A stretch of 64,000 nucleotides of DNA, from contig OZ257156.1 of the NCBI GenBank assembly GCA_965279375.1, positions 2,112,001 through 2,176,000 on the forward strand. Reading direction: 5' to 3'. The stretch comes from Gemmatimonas sp. Its GTDB lineage: Bacteria > Gemmatimonadota > Gemmatimonadetes > Gemmatimonadales > Gemmatimonadaceae. Position numbers and translations under genes: made by a program. Below the pieces are notes generated by a model that did not search any database, had not been told where the DNA came from, and worked only from the letters and a program-made list of their open reading frames with translations. This document shows positions 26,825 to 36,584 of this stretch, in pieces (position 1 is the stretch's first letter; each line of letters starts with the position of its first letter).

Positions 26825-28827
26825 CAGTCCTCCATTGGACGCACGATCGGACCGTCGTGCTGGATCGAGACCTCGGGCGCTGTCGGCACGAGTGTGATCT
26901 CGTACTCGAGCAGCGACCGGTTGTCGGGGAGATCGACGCGCGGCAACTCAGGCGGTGGTTCGCGCAGCGTGACATCGATCGTCGCGGGCGGATCTCCGTT
27001 CGACGGCCCGTTATCTGGCGGCTTTGGAGTGAGGAGCCGATAGGCCGCAAACGCGACGACTGCACCGCCGGCGATCACCCAGATCCACCACATCGGACGG
27101 TCTGGGTCACGTGGGTCGAGACCCTGCGTGCGCAGCGTGACAGCGACGAGCGTGGCGGCCGCCACCAGTGTGCCGGCTGTCGGCGTCTGCGTGGCGACGA
27201 CCGAATCCTTGACGACCGTGACGCTGACAACCTCGCCGAGCGCGAGCCCGACGGTTGCGAGCAGACGACGCGCATCGGCGATCGACTGTCCCGTCAGTGA
27301 TGGCACGCGACGCTGCACTGGTGGAGGATCCCGCTGCGAGACGGTGTCGGGCGGCTGTACTCGTTCGAACCGGGTGACGGTGAGCACGACGTCAACGCCG
27401 GGCTGCACCAACTCGCCTTCGTCGGGCGACTGCGCGATCACCACTCCCGCGATCGTACTGTCCGCTGTCGCGCGCTCCACGACGTTGATGATGGGCGAGA
27501 GTTCGCCGAGCATCGCTCTGGCCGTGGCGAGTCTTTCACCCACGACATCGATCATGACTCGGGGCGTTGGCGGCGCACTGTCGGGCGCATCGGAGATGAC
27601 GATGGCAACAGGGCGTCCGAGCAGGAGCGTCGTACCGGAATCGGGCTTCTGTGCAATCACCTGATCGCGTGTGCCGGGATCTCCCGCCATGATCGATTCC
27701 AGTGACCGGAAGCCAGCATCTTGCAGCGCCCGAGCGGCCGACGCTCGCGACATTCCTACAACGAAGGGAACACGTCGGAGTGCGGGAGCGCGAGCGATCT
27801 GTATGCTGATCGCGTCTGTCTCGTGTACCGCGGCGCCAGCGCCTGGCGTTTGCGAAACCACGCGTCCCGCACGCGCCGCATCCTCGATCGTGTCCACGTG
27901 CGGCCGAGTCAGCTTTCTCCCCTGAATCGTGTCAAGCGCCTCGGTCAACGTTCGACCGACGAGCAGAGGCATGGTTTGTGTGGGTATGACGGGATGCGGT
28001 CCCTGTGACAGCCAGAGTTCGACGATCGCGCCAGAGACGGTCGGCGTGCGCGGATCCGGATGCTGTCGCGCGATGCGGCCGGCGGGTATGGAGTCGTCGT
28101 ACTCGCTCGCCACCTCTCGGCCCTGCAATCCCTGGTTAGTGAGGATCAGGGTTGCGCGCGTCATCTCCAGTCCGATCACGCGCGGCACGACCGTGGGCAC
28201 CTGCACCGACAGGGTCACCGAGGTGCCAGCGTCAACGGTGCTGAGCGGAGCGGGCGACTGATCGGTTACGACGGCACGCGCCACATCGCCACGGGTGAGC
28301 CGTGGCGTGCGCGGTGTGAGCTTCACTGAATCGAGCAGGCGCAGCGCGTCGCTCAACGTGCGACCGATGAGTAGAGGCACGCGCACCGTGGTTTGCGGCA
28401 CATACCGGTACACCCAGAGTCGTACGGTGTCCGTGCGCGGCGGCAACGGTTGCCCAGGCTGCGGCGACTGCCGGAAGACGCGCGCGTCCCGTTGCGGCGC
28501 CTGGGTGTCCTGTGTGGAAACGACGAGTGGAGAGTTCAGCAAGCTGAGAATTCGCCGCGCGCTCGCTTCGGTGCTGTCGATCAGCGAGGGCATGAGCAAA
28601 CGCTTCGCCCCGATAGAGCGCTGCTGCGCCAGCAGCGCGGAGTCCGCGAACACCGCCGCGGCCCGGATCTTCGCGCGCGCGACTGAGTCCGACGCGCCAA
28701 TCGCTGGCTTCTTCTGCACGGGCTTCTGGCCCTGCGCTGTCGTAGCCATGCTGCTCCACGACAGCGCAAAGAGCGTCCCCGCCACCATCCCGCGCCACAT
28801 TGCGACGTGGATCATTGTCGGGCCCAT
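26824..28827 (-). CDS. Exported protein with about 7 PASTA domains and a C-terminal TM helix (start uncertain)
   Basis: Repeats (V/M)PxxxG...A...L...V..QxP..G; TM WWIWVIAGGAVVAFAAY. Confidence 0.82.
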   Translation of the reverse strand: MGPTMIHVAMWRGMVAGTLFALSWSSMATTAQGQKPVQKKPAIGASDSVARAKIRAAAVFADSALLAQQRSIGAKRLLMPSLIDSTEASARRILSLLNSPLVVSTQDTQAPQRDARVFRQSPQPGQPLPPRTDTVRLWVYRYVPQTTVRVPLLIGRTLSDALRLLDSVKLTPRTPRLTRGDVARAVVTDQSPAPLSTVDAGTSVTLSVQVPTVVPRVIGLEMTRATLILTNQGLQGREVASEYDDSIPAGRIARQHPDPRTPTVSGAIVELWLSQGPHPVIPTQTMPLLVGRTLTEALDTIQGRKLTRPHVDTIEDAARAGRVVSQTPGAGAAVHETDAISIQIARAPALRRVPFVVGMSRASAARALQDAGFRSLESIMAGDPGTRDQVIAQKPDSGTTLLLGRPVAIVISDAPDSAPPTPRVMIDVVGERLATARAMLGELSPIINVVERATADSTIAGVVIAQSPDEGELVQPGVDVVLTVTRFERVQPPDTVSQRDPPPVQRRVPSLTGQSIADARRLLATVGLALGEVVSVTVVKDSVVATQTPTAGTLVAAATLVAVTLRTQGLDPRDPDRPMWWIWVIAGGAVVAFAAYRLLTPKPPDNGPSNGDPPATIDVTLREPPPELPRVDLPDNRSLLEYEITLVPTAPEVSIQHDGPIVRPMED

Positions 28828-28935
28828 CGGTCAGAGGGGACTACGCTCTGCATTGCATGGCCGCACTAACGGTGCGTCGAATATTGCGTGCCCGGGTCGT
28901 ACGTCAACCGAGTAGCGAGCCCGGCCGCTCTCTCG

Positions 28936-29790
28936 CTACTTCATGCGTCGCAGCTCCTGCTCCGACACCATGAAGCCGAAGCCGGGCCATCCGCCCGACT
29001 TTACGGCGCGCTCGAACGCCGCCTTCGCCTGAACGCTGTCACCCCGCATGAGATACCAGTTGCCCAGCCCATAGCTGAGGGTGGCGATCTGCACGTCGGC
29101 TGTGTCGCCCGCTGTGAAGAGGGTCGCTGGCGTGACCTCGCCGCGGTAGAGTCTGAGGCGCGACACGTACGCGTAGCCCGGCGGTGCTGGCAATGTGTCC
29201 GGGCGGCGTGCGAGCATCGCCTTCGCTTCGGCTGCTCGCCCTGCCCGCGAGAGCGACATCCATAGCCAGTCGGTACTGCCGGCGCGTTCACCGCCATCGG
29301 GGGCTAGCGGTTGCGCCTTGGCGAACATCGCAGCGGCCGCGTCAAACTTCCCCTGCAGATGTCGCAGTACGCCAAGGTGAAACAGGATGCCGTAGTTGGT
29401 GCTGTCGAGCTGGTAGCCGCGCGTGAGATCGGACTCGGCCTTGGCGAACTCGCGTACGCTCAGATAGCGATGGCCACGCCACCGATAGAGCATCGCATCG
29501 TTGGGAGCGATTTCGAGGCCGCGCGTGAATGTGGCGATGGCTTCGCGGAACTGCCGTGCGCCGGATTGCGCGACACCCAGCGCGATGATGCGCTGGACGT
29601 TGCGCGGGTCGGCGTCGAGTGCGGCCTGCGCACGCGCGATGGGTCCCGTGTCGGCTTGCGCGCGGTACTGCACCCCCTGGGGGCTCCGATACTGCACGCT
29701 GCCTTGGGCCAAGACAGGTGTCGCGAGTATGCAGGCGACGCTGAGGGCGATCGGGAGAGCGACGGCGACGGCGGTGAGGCGGCGATGCAT
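28936..29790 (-). CDS. Exported TPR protein
   Basis: ATG at 29790 after GGAG; signal peptide; TPR motifs AIATFTRGLEIAP, YRWRGHRY. Confidence 0.82.
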   Translation of the reverse strand: MHRRLTAVAVALPIALSVACILATPVLAQGSVQYRSPQGVQYRAQADTGPIARAQAALDADPRNVQRIIALGVAQSGARQFREAIATFTRGLEIAPNDAMLYRWRGHRYLSVREFAKAESDLTRGYQLDSTNYGILFHLGVLRHLQGKFDAAAAMFAKAQPLAPDGGERAGSTDWLWMSLSRAGRAAEAKAMLARRPDTLPAPPGYAYVSRLRLYRGEVTPATLFTAGDTADVQIATLSYGLGNWYLMRGDSVQAKAAFERAVKSGGWPGFGFMVSEQELRRMK

Positions 29791-29999
29791 GGCTGCTCCG
29801 ATGAGGGCGTTGTGCGGGTCGCGCCAAGTTCCGCTCCGGGCGGCGAGGCGGCAATCCCGGGAGCCCCACCGGATATCGGTCCGATGCCGGTACACCTCGT
29901 CACCATTCCGGCAGTGGTGCGTCAGACACAAAGGGCGACCCCGGTGACCGATGCCGACACCGTGCTCGCGCCGTGCGTCAAACCCCGCCATACTAGGTC

Positions 30000-31493
30000 A
30001 TGACCCCTCCCGACACTGCGGCCCTGCTTGCGCAGTTGGATGCGGAACTCGAGTCCGACACCACGCTCGCTGCGGCTGAGCCGATTCTCGCGCTCGCTGC
30101 GAAGTACCTCACCGAGACGCGAAGCGGAGACGGTCCTGTCTCCACCTGGCACAGCGCGCAGAGCATCGTCGATCGCCTGGAGGCGGAGATCCCGCGACAG
30201 GGACGACCGCTCGCAGACGTCGCTAAACGGCTCGCGACGTTTCTGCTCGACGACTTGAACCGGTTGGCGCATCCGATGTACATCGGACATCAGGTGTCCG
30301 CGCCGCTCCCCGCCGCCGTTTGGACCGATGCGCTGATCAGCGCGTTCAATCAGTCGCTGGCCGTGCGCGAAATGTCACCGTCGTTCACGCCGCTCGAGCA
30401 TCAGGTGGTGGCGTGGTTCACCGATCTGGTGGGTTGGGACGACCACGCCGGCGGCACCATGACCTCCGGCGGCACCGAAGCGACGCTGACCGCGCTCCTC
30501 GCGGCGCGCAGTCGCGCGATTCCTAACGTCTGGCTGCACGGCATTCCCCCGCACGCACCGGTGCTCATCTGCGGCGAACATTCGCACTACGCCGTGACTC
30601 GCGCGGCCGGCGAGATGGGGTTGGGGCTGCAGCGCGTCATCACCATTCGGTCGCACGAACACCGGATGGATATCGCGCATCTGCGCGAGAAGCTCAAGCA
30701 GCTCCATTCGTCGCACATCGGCGTGATGGCGGTGGTCGCTACCGCAGGATGCACGGCCACCGGCAGCTTCGACGATCTCGACGCGATCGCTGACGCGTGT
30801 CACGAGTTCAAGGACGCGCACGGCGACATCTGGCTGCACGTCGATGCGGCGCACGGTGGCGCGGCGATGATGTCCGAGGTGCACAAGCATCGCGTGAAGG
30901 GACTCGCACGCGCCCGATCCATCGCGTGGGATCCGCACAAGACGCTGCTGCTGCCACTGGCCGCGGGACTGCTGCTCATGCGTGACGAGAAGGAACTCGA
31001 AGCGGCCTTCTCGCAACAGGCGCCCTATCTCTTCACGCAGACCGACGAAGCGCGCGCCTGGGACACCGGCAAGCGCAGCATGCAGTGTTCGCGTCGAGCC
31101 GATGTGCTCAAGCTCTACGTGGCCATCGAGCGCTACGGGGCGGACGCACTCGCTGCGCTGTACGATCGCCTGTGCGCAATGGCGAAGGTCCTGCACGACC
31201 TGCTGGCGGCGCATTCGGACTTCATGCCGCTGCACGAGCCGGAGTCCAACATCCTGTGTTTCGCGTGGACGCCCAAGGACGTCCCCGAGTCCAAGCGAGA
31301 CGACCTCACCGACGCACTGCGCGAACGCTACAACCGCTCGGGACGTGGCTTCATCACGAGCACCACACTCGGCAAGCATCGCGTGTTGCGTATCACGGTG
31401 ATGAACGCGCGTACCAACGCGTCACACATGCAAAAGCTGGTCGACGGACTCGTCGCCGAAGGGCGCGCCGTCCTGCAGCACGAAGGCTACTGA
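30000..31493 (+). CDS. Group II PLP-dependent amino-acid decarboxylase
   Basis: TSGGTEA, HYAV, AGCTATGSFD, HVDAAHGG, WDPHK (Schiff-base Lys). Confidence 0.92.
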   Translation: MTPPDTAALLAQLDAELESDTTLAAAEPILALAAKYLTETRSGDGPVSTWHSAQSIVDRLEAEIPRQGRPLADVAKRLATFLLDDLNRLAHPMYIGHQVSAPLPAAVWTDALISAFNQSLAVREMSPSFTPLEHQVVAWFTDLVGWDDHAGGTMTSGGTEATLTALLAARSRAIPNVWLHGIPPHAPVLICGEHSHYAVTRAAGEMGLGLQRVITIRSHEHRMDIAHLREKLKQLHSSHIGVMAVVATAGCTATGSFDDLDAIADACHEFKDAHGDIWLHVDAAHGGAAMMSEVHKHRVKGLARARSIAWDPHKTLLLPLAAGLLLMRDEKELEAAFSQQAPYLFTQTDEARAWDTGKRSMQCSRRADVLKLYVAIERYGADALAALYDRLCAMAKVLHDLLAAHSDFMPLHEPESNILCFAWTPKDVPESKRDDLTDALRERYNRSGRGFITSTTLGKHRVLRITVMNARTNASHMQKLVDGLVAEGRAVLQHEGY

Positions 31494-31512
31494 CCGCGTG
31501 ACTTAGCGGCGT

Positions 31513-32022
31513 TCAGGAAAGCCCGGCGCGTACCACGCGCGCCGTCACTGACAGCTGCCCGATGTGTCGCATGCCGTGCTCGGCGCCGTGTACGAGGCAA
31601 CCGATCACAGTGGATGGGAGTTGTTTGCGCCCGACGCCGCGAAACTCTCCAAGGATGCGCACGTCTATACGTCGCAGTTCGTCGAGCGCTTCGTCGACGC
31701 GTTTGTCCAGCGCGTTCAGCGCTCGCGTGATGCCCGCGGCATCGACCGGTTCTCGCTCGGCACGCAATGCGGCGAACTGTGCTTCGGAGAGCGCCTCACC
31801 GCGCGCATAGGCAAAGAGACGGTCCACCACACCGGTGATGTGCTGGATGTGAAAGGCCACCGATGCCACGCCGGCGGGCGTGGCGTTCCACTGCGCCGCA
31901 TCCAACGACTCGGTGAGTTCGTGCGCACTCTCCCGCACCTGCAGCAGGATGTGCGCGACCGGTTGCAGTACGTCAGGAACGCCATCGATCGGGCCGCGCT
32001 GCCACCACTCCGTCTCAGCCAT
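31513..32022 (-). CDS. DinB family protein
   Basis: SVAFHIQH and HGAEHGMRHIGQ His motifs. Confidence 0.85.
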   Translation of the reverse strand: MAETEWWQRGPIDGVPDVLQPVAHILLQVRESAHELTESLDAAQWNATPAGVASVAFHIQHITGVVDRLFAYARGEALSEAQFAALRAEREPVDAAGITRALNALDKRVDEALDELRRIDVRILGEFRGVGRKQLPSTVIGCLVHGAEHGMRHIGQLSVTARVVRAGLS

Positions 32023-32040
32023 GATTTTCTCTGTGCTCGC

Positions 32041-33354
32041 TCAGACGCGCGGTACGATGTGGCTGCGCGAAATCGCGGCCAGCGACGTCGTGCCACTCTG
32101 CTTCATCACCACTTCGAATTCCTTGCGCAGCAGCGCGAGCACCGTCTCCACGCCTTCCTGACCAAACGCGCCGAGTCCCCAGATGTACGGCCGGCCGATG
32201 CCGATCGCGGTGGCGCCGAGTGCCATCGCCTTGAAGACGTCGGTGCCGCGACGGAAACCGCCGTCGCAGATGACAGGGATGCGTCCCGCGGCGCCTTCCA
32301 CGACCTCTGGAAGCGACGTCACGGTCGCGCGCTGTGAATTCTCTGCGCGTCCGCCGTGGTTGGAGACGAAGATGCCATCAACGCCATGCTGCACGGCTAG
32401 CTCGGCGTCTTCCTTGGTCACGATGCCCTTGATGAGCACCTTCATCTTCGTGGCGTTCTTGAGACGATCGACGAACTCCCACGTCGGCGTGCCCTTCTCG
32501 AGAATCGGCGTGCGCTTTTCGTAGCCCACAAGGTTCGGCTTGCGACGATTGTCGCGATCATCCACGCGGCCGCTCACCCCCGGCAGCGGTGCGCCACCCA
32601 GATGGCACTTCACGCAGGTGCGCGTGTCCTTGCGTGCTTCGCGGATCATCGTTTCGCGGTTGCTGCCGCCGAGCAGATCGACCGTGAAGACGATCGCCGG
32701 TGCGCCAGCGCGTTCGGCGCGCTCCACCATCTGCTTGGTGATCGCCCAGTCGGACTGGTGGTAGAGCTGAAACCACACAGGTCCACCGCGCGCGGCAATG
32801 GCGTCTTCGATCGACGTGGTCGCAACGGTGGAGAGCACCTGCAGGTGATTGCGCGCTTTCGCCGCACGCGCGACCGCGATCTCCCCCTCGGGGTGAAACG
32901 CCTTCTGACTCCCGACGGGATTGATGATGATCGGCGTGGGATACTTGGTGCCATACAGTGACACGCTCGCGTCCACGTTGCCCACATCGATCAATCGACG
33001 CGGGCGCAGCGACCACTTCTCGAATCCGTCGCGATTGGCGCGAATGGTGCCGTCGTCGTCGCTGCCGGTGGCCAGATAGCCCCAGTGCGCGACCGGAATG
33101 CGCTGTTTGGCGATCGGCTCGAAGTCGAAGACGTCGAGTGCGTCTTTCGCCGACTTAATCAGCAGCGATTGCGGTGCGCGCGTGGCGACACTGTGCTCGG
33201 CCATCTGCTGGGCCAACGAGAGCGCGTGCGCGCCGTCGCCGGATTCGCCGGTGAGTCGCGAGAACGTGCTGGCGTCGATTCCAGCGGCCGCCAGCAGGGG
33301 GCTACCGGCGAGGAACGCGAGAAACTGCCGACGAGACGGGTCGTTGTTGAGCAT
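32041..33354 (-). CDS. FMN-dependent alpha-hydroxy acid oxidase/dehydrogenase with Tat signal and CxxCH motif
   Basis: SRRQFL twin-arginine motif; WFQLY, TVD, IKGI, SNHGGR, DGGFRRGTD, IGRP; CVKCH at 32602-32616. Confidence 0.92.
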   Translation of the reverse strand: MLNNDPSRRQFLAFLAGSPLLAAAGIDASTFSRLTGESGDGAHALSLAQQMAEHSVATRAPQSLLIKSAKDALDVFDFEPIAKQRIPVAHWGYLATGSDDDGTIRANRDGFEKWSLRPRRLIDVGNVDASVSLYGTKYPTPIIINPVGSQKAFHPEGEIAVARAAKARNHLQVLSTVATTSIEDAIAARGGPVWFQLYHQSDWAITKQMVERAERAGAPAIVFTVDLLGGSNRETMIREARKDTRTCVKCHLGGAPLPGVSGRVDDRDNRRKPNLVGYEKRTPILEKGTPTWEFVDRLKNATKMKVLIKGIVTKEDAELAVQHGVDGIFVSNHGGRAENSQRATVTSLPEVVEGAAGRIPVICDGGFRRGTDVFKAMALGATAIGIGRPYIWGLGAFGQEGVETVLALLRKEFEVVMKQSGTTSLAAISRSHIVPRV

Positions 33355-33407
33355 GCCTCAAGTGGCAGGCAGCGCGTCCTCTTGTCCAGTCCCGGAAGAC
33401 GGAGCGG

Positions 33408-34049
33408 TCAGCTACCGTGGATCGGGGTGTCCATGTACCGGTGCAGATCCGCGAGCAGAGCATCGGCCGTCAGTGCGCCCTGCTCATGCGCGAGCAGCAG
33501 CCCCCGCAGCCACTCGCGATTCGCCACGCCGAAGCGTACGCCGTTCGTGAGCGTGATGAGCGGACCAACCAACAACTTCGCGTGCGCAGCGATAGCATCG
33601 TCGCTGTCCGTCTGGCGCTCGAACTCCGCGCGATCCTTCTCGATCGATGCGACGATTTCCCCGAATGCCGCGAGCTCGGCGTCGACGGCGCTCAGCTCTG
33701 CGGATAGCACGGACGCGAGGTCGTGCGCGTTCATTCGACTGGCGAAAAAGAGCTTGAGCAGCAATGGCTCGCGGCGCGCAACACTCGGCGCGGGCTGGGC
33801 CACCCATCGGTCGAACGCGTCGACGCCCAACGGCGTGATGTGGTACTCCTTGCGGTCGGGACGGGTCTGCTGCGCGACGCGCTCGTGGCCAACCATCGCG
33901 TCGGCTTCCAGCTCGGACAGGGTGCGGTAGATCGCGGCTTGATCGGCGCTCCAGAAGTGCCGCACCGACGCGTTGAAGAACCGCTTGATGTCGTAGCCGC
34001 TCAGCGGACGAATCGTGAGAAAACCAAGAATTGCGTACCGAAGCGACAT
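33408..34049 (-). CDS. PadR family transcriptional regulator (AphA-like, extended C-terminus)
   Basis: SLRYAILGFL, SGYDI, IYRTL, PDRKEYHITPLG, LLLKLFF. Confidence 0.92.
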   Translation of the reverse strand: MSLRYAILGFLTIRPLSGYDIKRFFNASVRHFWSADQAAIYRTLSELEADAMVGHERVAQQTRPDRKEYHITPLGVDAFDRWVAQPAPSVARREPLLLKLFFASRMNAHDLASVLSAELSAVDAELAAFGEIVASIEKDRAEFERQTDSDDAIAAHAKLLVGPLITLTNGVRFGVANREWLRGLLLAHEQGALTADALLADLHRYMDTPIHGS

Positions 34050-34090
34050 CGGTCCACCGGACAGGGTTGCGTTGCCAACGCTTCACGGCC

Positions 34091-34131
34091 AAATATAGGA
34101 CAACGGGTATATATGTAAAGTCTTATATCAT
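34091..34131. promoter_or_regulatory. AT-rich divergent promoter with candidate PadR operator (ATGT-N8-ATAT)
   Basis: ATATGT-N6-TTATAT at 34111-34128, overlapping a TATCAT -10-like hexamer at 34126-34131, between padR and the CocE gene. Confidence 0.55.
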
Positions 34132-34140
34132 CACAGTCCT

Positions 34141-35832
34141 ATGAAAAACGTCGTCAGAAGAGTCGCTCGCTCGGTCGGTCGTCTCGTGGTCGCGCTACTG
34201 CCGCTCGGCGCGTGCCACTCCGTGCCCGCGTCCGTCACACGTCCTCGTATCGCCGCAACGGACAGTGTCTCCCTCGCTGCCGACGTCATAGTCCCCGTCG
34301 CGGTGCCGGAAGGCGGCGTCCCCGTGGTTCTCATCCAGACCCGGTACTGGCGCAGCTTTGCGCTGCGAGGCGGCGGCAAGGAGGGTGCGGTGCCCCTTGG
34401 TCCGCGCGAGGCAATCGTGGAGCGGCTGGTGCAAGCAGGATTCGGAGTCGTCGTCACCGATGTCCGAGGCACCGGGGCATCAGATGGCCTCTGGCCTTGG
34501 CCGTGGTCGGTCGGCGAGGTCCACGATATGGGGCCGATCATTGATTGGATCGCGGCGCAGCCATGGTCCAATGGCGTTGTAGGGGCGACCGGCGTGTCGT
34601 ACGAGGGCACCACGGCCCTCTTGTCCGCGACCGCGGGGCGACCGGCGCTGCGAGCCATTCTGGCCCGCGAGGTGGAATGGAATCTCGTCGACGAAATCAT
34701 CGCACCAGGTGCAGTCCGCAACGTGGGTTTCGTGGATGCGTGGAGTCGATCGGTCAACGCGCTCGATCACGGTAAACTGCCGGAGCTCTTCCCGCGGCTC
34801 GCGCGGCTCGGCATCAAGGGCGTGCATCCGACGGACGACGATCCACGCGCGGACATCCTTCGCGCGAGGCAGCGCGCGCGTCCGACGACGGATGTGGCCG
34901 GTCGAGTGCAAGCGGTGCGCGGCGGCAACGATCGCTTCGGTGCCGAAGGACCCGCGTCGGATTCGCTTGGGCCAGCCGGCCACGTCTCGCGCCTTGCGTC
35001 GACCACCGCCGTCGTCGGGATTTGGGGAAGCTGGTGGGATGGCGCGACCGCAGACGCGGTGTTGCGCGCCCAGGAACAGATGCCGATTCGTGAAGCGGTC
35101 ATCGGTCCGTGGTCGCACGAAGGCGATCACAATGCCAGCCCGTTGCGGCGCGACGATAGCGAACGGCCTACTGTCGATCTCGATGCCGTGGTCGGGTTCT
35201 TTCGTCGCCATCTCAGCGCGCTGGACGGTGCGCGGGCTCCGCGCAACTCGTGGTACGTCGCGGGAAGTGAACGGTGGCGCTCCGGCGAGACGTGGCCGAG
35301 CACGAAGCCGCGCACGTGGTATCTCGTTGACACACGGCTCGACGATCGTCCGAGCAGCAGTGCCCCGCGCAGCCTTTCGGTGGACTTCGCGTCGTCCACC
35401 GGCACAAAGACGCGCTGGACGACTGGACTCGCGCGACCGGTCGACGCCCCGAATCGCGCAAAAGCCCGCGGGCTCGTGTCGTGGAACTCCAGCGCGTTGT
35501 CCACGCCGCTCTCGGTGTTCGGCGCGGCGCAATTCCGGTGCAGCATAAAGCTCGATGCGCCAGAAGCGGCGCTGCATGTCTACGTGGAGTCAGTCGACCC
35601 GAAGGGGCGCGTGCGACTATTGAGTGAAGGCGTCCAGCGCGTGCAAGCAGGATCGGTGTCGGTACGCATCCGACCTGTCGCCTTTGAACTGCCTGTGGGC
35701 TGGTCCCTCCGTCTGTCGGTCGCCGGCGCTGACAGTCCGAGCTTTGAACGTGTGCCTCAGGCGGGGCCGCAACGGATCCATTTTGGTCCCGAGGGCTGTG
35801 CGCTCGCATTGCCGGTCGTTGTGGATGAGTAG
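34141..35832 (+). CDS. CocE/NonD family hydrolase, possible lipoprotein
   Basis: LGAC, QTRY, DVRGTGASDG, QPWSNG, nucleophile elbow GVSYEG, GPWSH. Confidence 0.88.
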   Translation: MKNVVRRVARSVGRLVVALLPLGACHSVPASVTRPRIAATDSVSLAADVIVPVAVPEGGVPVVLIQTRYWRSFALRGGGKEGAVPLGPREAIVERLVQAGFGVVVTDVRGTGASDGLWPWPWSVGEVHDMGPIIDWIAAQPWSNGVVGATGVSYEGTTALLSATAGRPALRAILAREVEWNLVDEIIAPGAVRNVGFVDAWSRSVNALDHGKLPELFPRLARLGIKGVHPTDDDPRADILRARQRARPTTDVAGRVQAVRGGNDRFGAEGPASDSLGPAGHVSRLASTTAVVGIWGSWWDGATADAVLRAQEQMPIREAVIGPWSHEGDHNASPLRRDDSERPTVDLDAVVGFFRRHLSALDGARAPRNSWYVAGSERWRSGETWPSTKPRTWYLVDTRLDDRPSSSAPRSLSVDFASSTGTKTRWTTGLARPVDAPNRAKARGLVSWNSSALSTPLSVFGAAQFRCSIKLDAPEAALHVYVESVDPKGRVRLLSEGVQRVQAGSVSVRIRPVAFELPVGWSLRLSVAGADSPSFERVPQAGPQRIHFGPEGCALALPVVVDE

Positions 35833-35923
35833 CAAACTTGCTATCGAGCGCGCGGGCCAGTGGGGAACACCGGCTCCGCTGTCCGTTTGACAACTGACAT
35901 CTCATTTCCGAAAGGACCCTCAG

Positions 35924-36502
35924 ATGCCGCACATCGATCTGCGCCCGGAACTCTTCGGCATCACCAGCCTTCTCGCCTTTCGTCCGGAGACGGCGGCGCC
36001 GCTCTGCGACCTGACGCAGGTTCTGCTGCGCGGTCCATCCACGTTGAGCGAAGCCGAGCGTGAACTCATTGCCACGTACGTGTCGCAGCGCAACGAATGC
36101 GTGTTCTGCGCAACGGCGCATGCGTCGGCCACGTGTCATCTGCCCGGCGGTGATGCGGCGCTGGTGGCCGCCGTGCGCGAGAACCTCGACACCGCGCCGG
36201 TGAGTGAGAAGCTGCGCGCCCTGCTGCGCATCGCGGGGCAGGTGCAGGTGAGCGGCCGGGCTGTGCGAGCGGAAGATGTCGCGCTGGCAAAATCCCACGG
36301 CGCGACCGATCTGGAGCTCCATGACACGGTGCTGATCGCCGCGCTCTTCAGCCTCTACAACCGCTACGTGGACGGACTGGGCACCGCGCTCCCCGAGGCG
36401 CCTGAGTTCTTCGATGCGCTGGGCGCCCGCATCACCAAACGCGGCTACACGATGCCGCCCAACGGGTATCAGCCGTTGCAGGCTGGGGCGAAACCCGCGT
36501 AG
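35924..36502 (+). CDS. AhpD/carboxymuconolactone decarboxylase family protein
   Basis: ERELIATYVS-x-RNECVFCATAH CxxC motif, NRYVDGL; AAGGA RBS. Confidence 0.88.
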   Translation: MPHIDLRPELFGITSLLAFRPETAAPLCDLTQVLLRGPSTLSEAERELIATYVSQRNECVFCATAHASATCHLPGGDAALVAAVRENLDTAPVSEKLRALLRIAGQVQVSGRAVRAEDVALAKSHGATDLELHDTVLIAALFSLYNRYVDGLGTALPEAPEFFDALGARITKRGYTMPPNGYQPLQAGAKPA

Positions 36503-36584
36503 CAGCGACCGGTCGTTGCCAATTCCGGGACGGGACGCAGATTCGCGGGAAGCTCTCCGCGGGAATTCCTTCACCGGTGCCTAC

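Noticed and set aside
29791..29999. Long GC-rich intergenic region as possible riboswitch or ncRNA
   Set aside because: No recognisable conserved RNA motif; consistent with a divergent promoter region.
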